Position numbers and translations under genes: made by a program
Shown here: in pieces, positions 63,604 through 64,000 of the stretch
Layout of the letters: every line of letters starts with the position of its first letter
Position numbering within the stretch: the stretch's first letter is position 1
DNA from: Geosiphon pyriformis uo1
Lineage: Eukaryota; Fungi; Glomeromycota
DNA length: 64,000 nt
Reading direction: 5' to 3'
Assembly: GCA_016748015.1 (NCBI GenBank)
Contig: JAAOMT010000697.1
Coordinates: 566,868-630,867, forward strand
Notes under the pieces: generated by a model
The model's database searches: none
Told to the model about the DNA's origin: nothing
Seen by the model: the letters and a program-made list of their open reading frames with translations, nothing else

Positions 63604-64000
63604 GTTCCTTAACAATGAAAAGTTTGATAAAAATGTAATTATTGATCACTGAGGGGCTATCGTGATTAATATGCTATTGCTCACCCGAGATTTTCTAGAT
63701 TCGAAAATCCAAGCACCCGGGCTCTAGCAATATAATTGGTTTCATATATATGACAACAGTAACCATTCGGAGAATACTGAAATGCAAACAGCTATTATTT
63801 ACATAAAATTATGCATGCCGAAGATTTTTAATGGCAATCAAAAATCCCCTGTATGGCTAATAGATTTTTGATAATAATTTATATAGAGATGGGTGCTGAT
63901 CAAACAGAGATCACTTTTTCAGCGATGCAAATTTCATGTCAAGAATATTTAAAAGCTCTTGGCTGTTTTGACTATAACGCAGCAAATAAGATAGCCAGTA

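Overview
Eukaryotic, intron-rich fungal DNA, most likely an early-diverging fungus. The retroelement proteins resemble those I recall from Glomeromycotina such as Geosiphon; this is inference and was not searched. About 75% of the window is nested retroelement debris. It contains RNase H-bearing LINEs, one of them young and nearly intact (1-3624). It also contains a Ty3/Gypsy family with a dUTPase between protease and RT, two internally deleted derivatives of that family, and several solo LTRs with 4-bp target-site duplications (TSDs). The debris is eroded almost entirely by C->T/G->A transitions in CpG and non-CpG contexts (RIP-like). Host genes sit in two islands. The first (21.9-32.8 kb) holds HSF, the QNG1/DUF2419 queuosine salvage hydrolase, SPT5 and SNF7 as two divergent pairs. 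The second (61.2-63.6 kb) holds an RPE65-family carotenoid oxygenase. The most striking observation concerns the first island. It is bracketed, inside extremely AT-rich DNA, by two ~100-bp LINE termini in the same orientation: a 3' end on the left and a 5' end on the right. Both have escaped the hypermutation, so they may be domesticated boundary or terminator elements. There is also a candidate H/ACA-type RNA in SNF7 intron 1. Boundaries of decayed elements are approximate (tens of bp); exon boundaries were read by eye.
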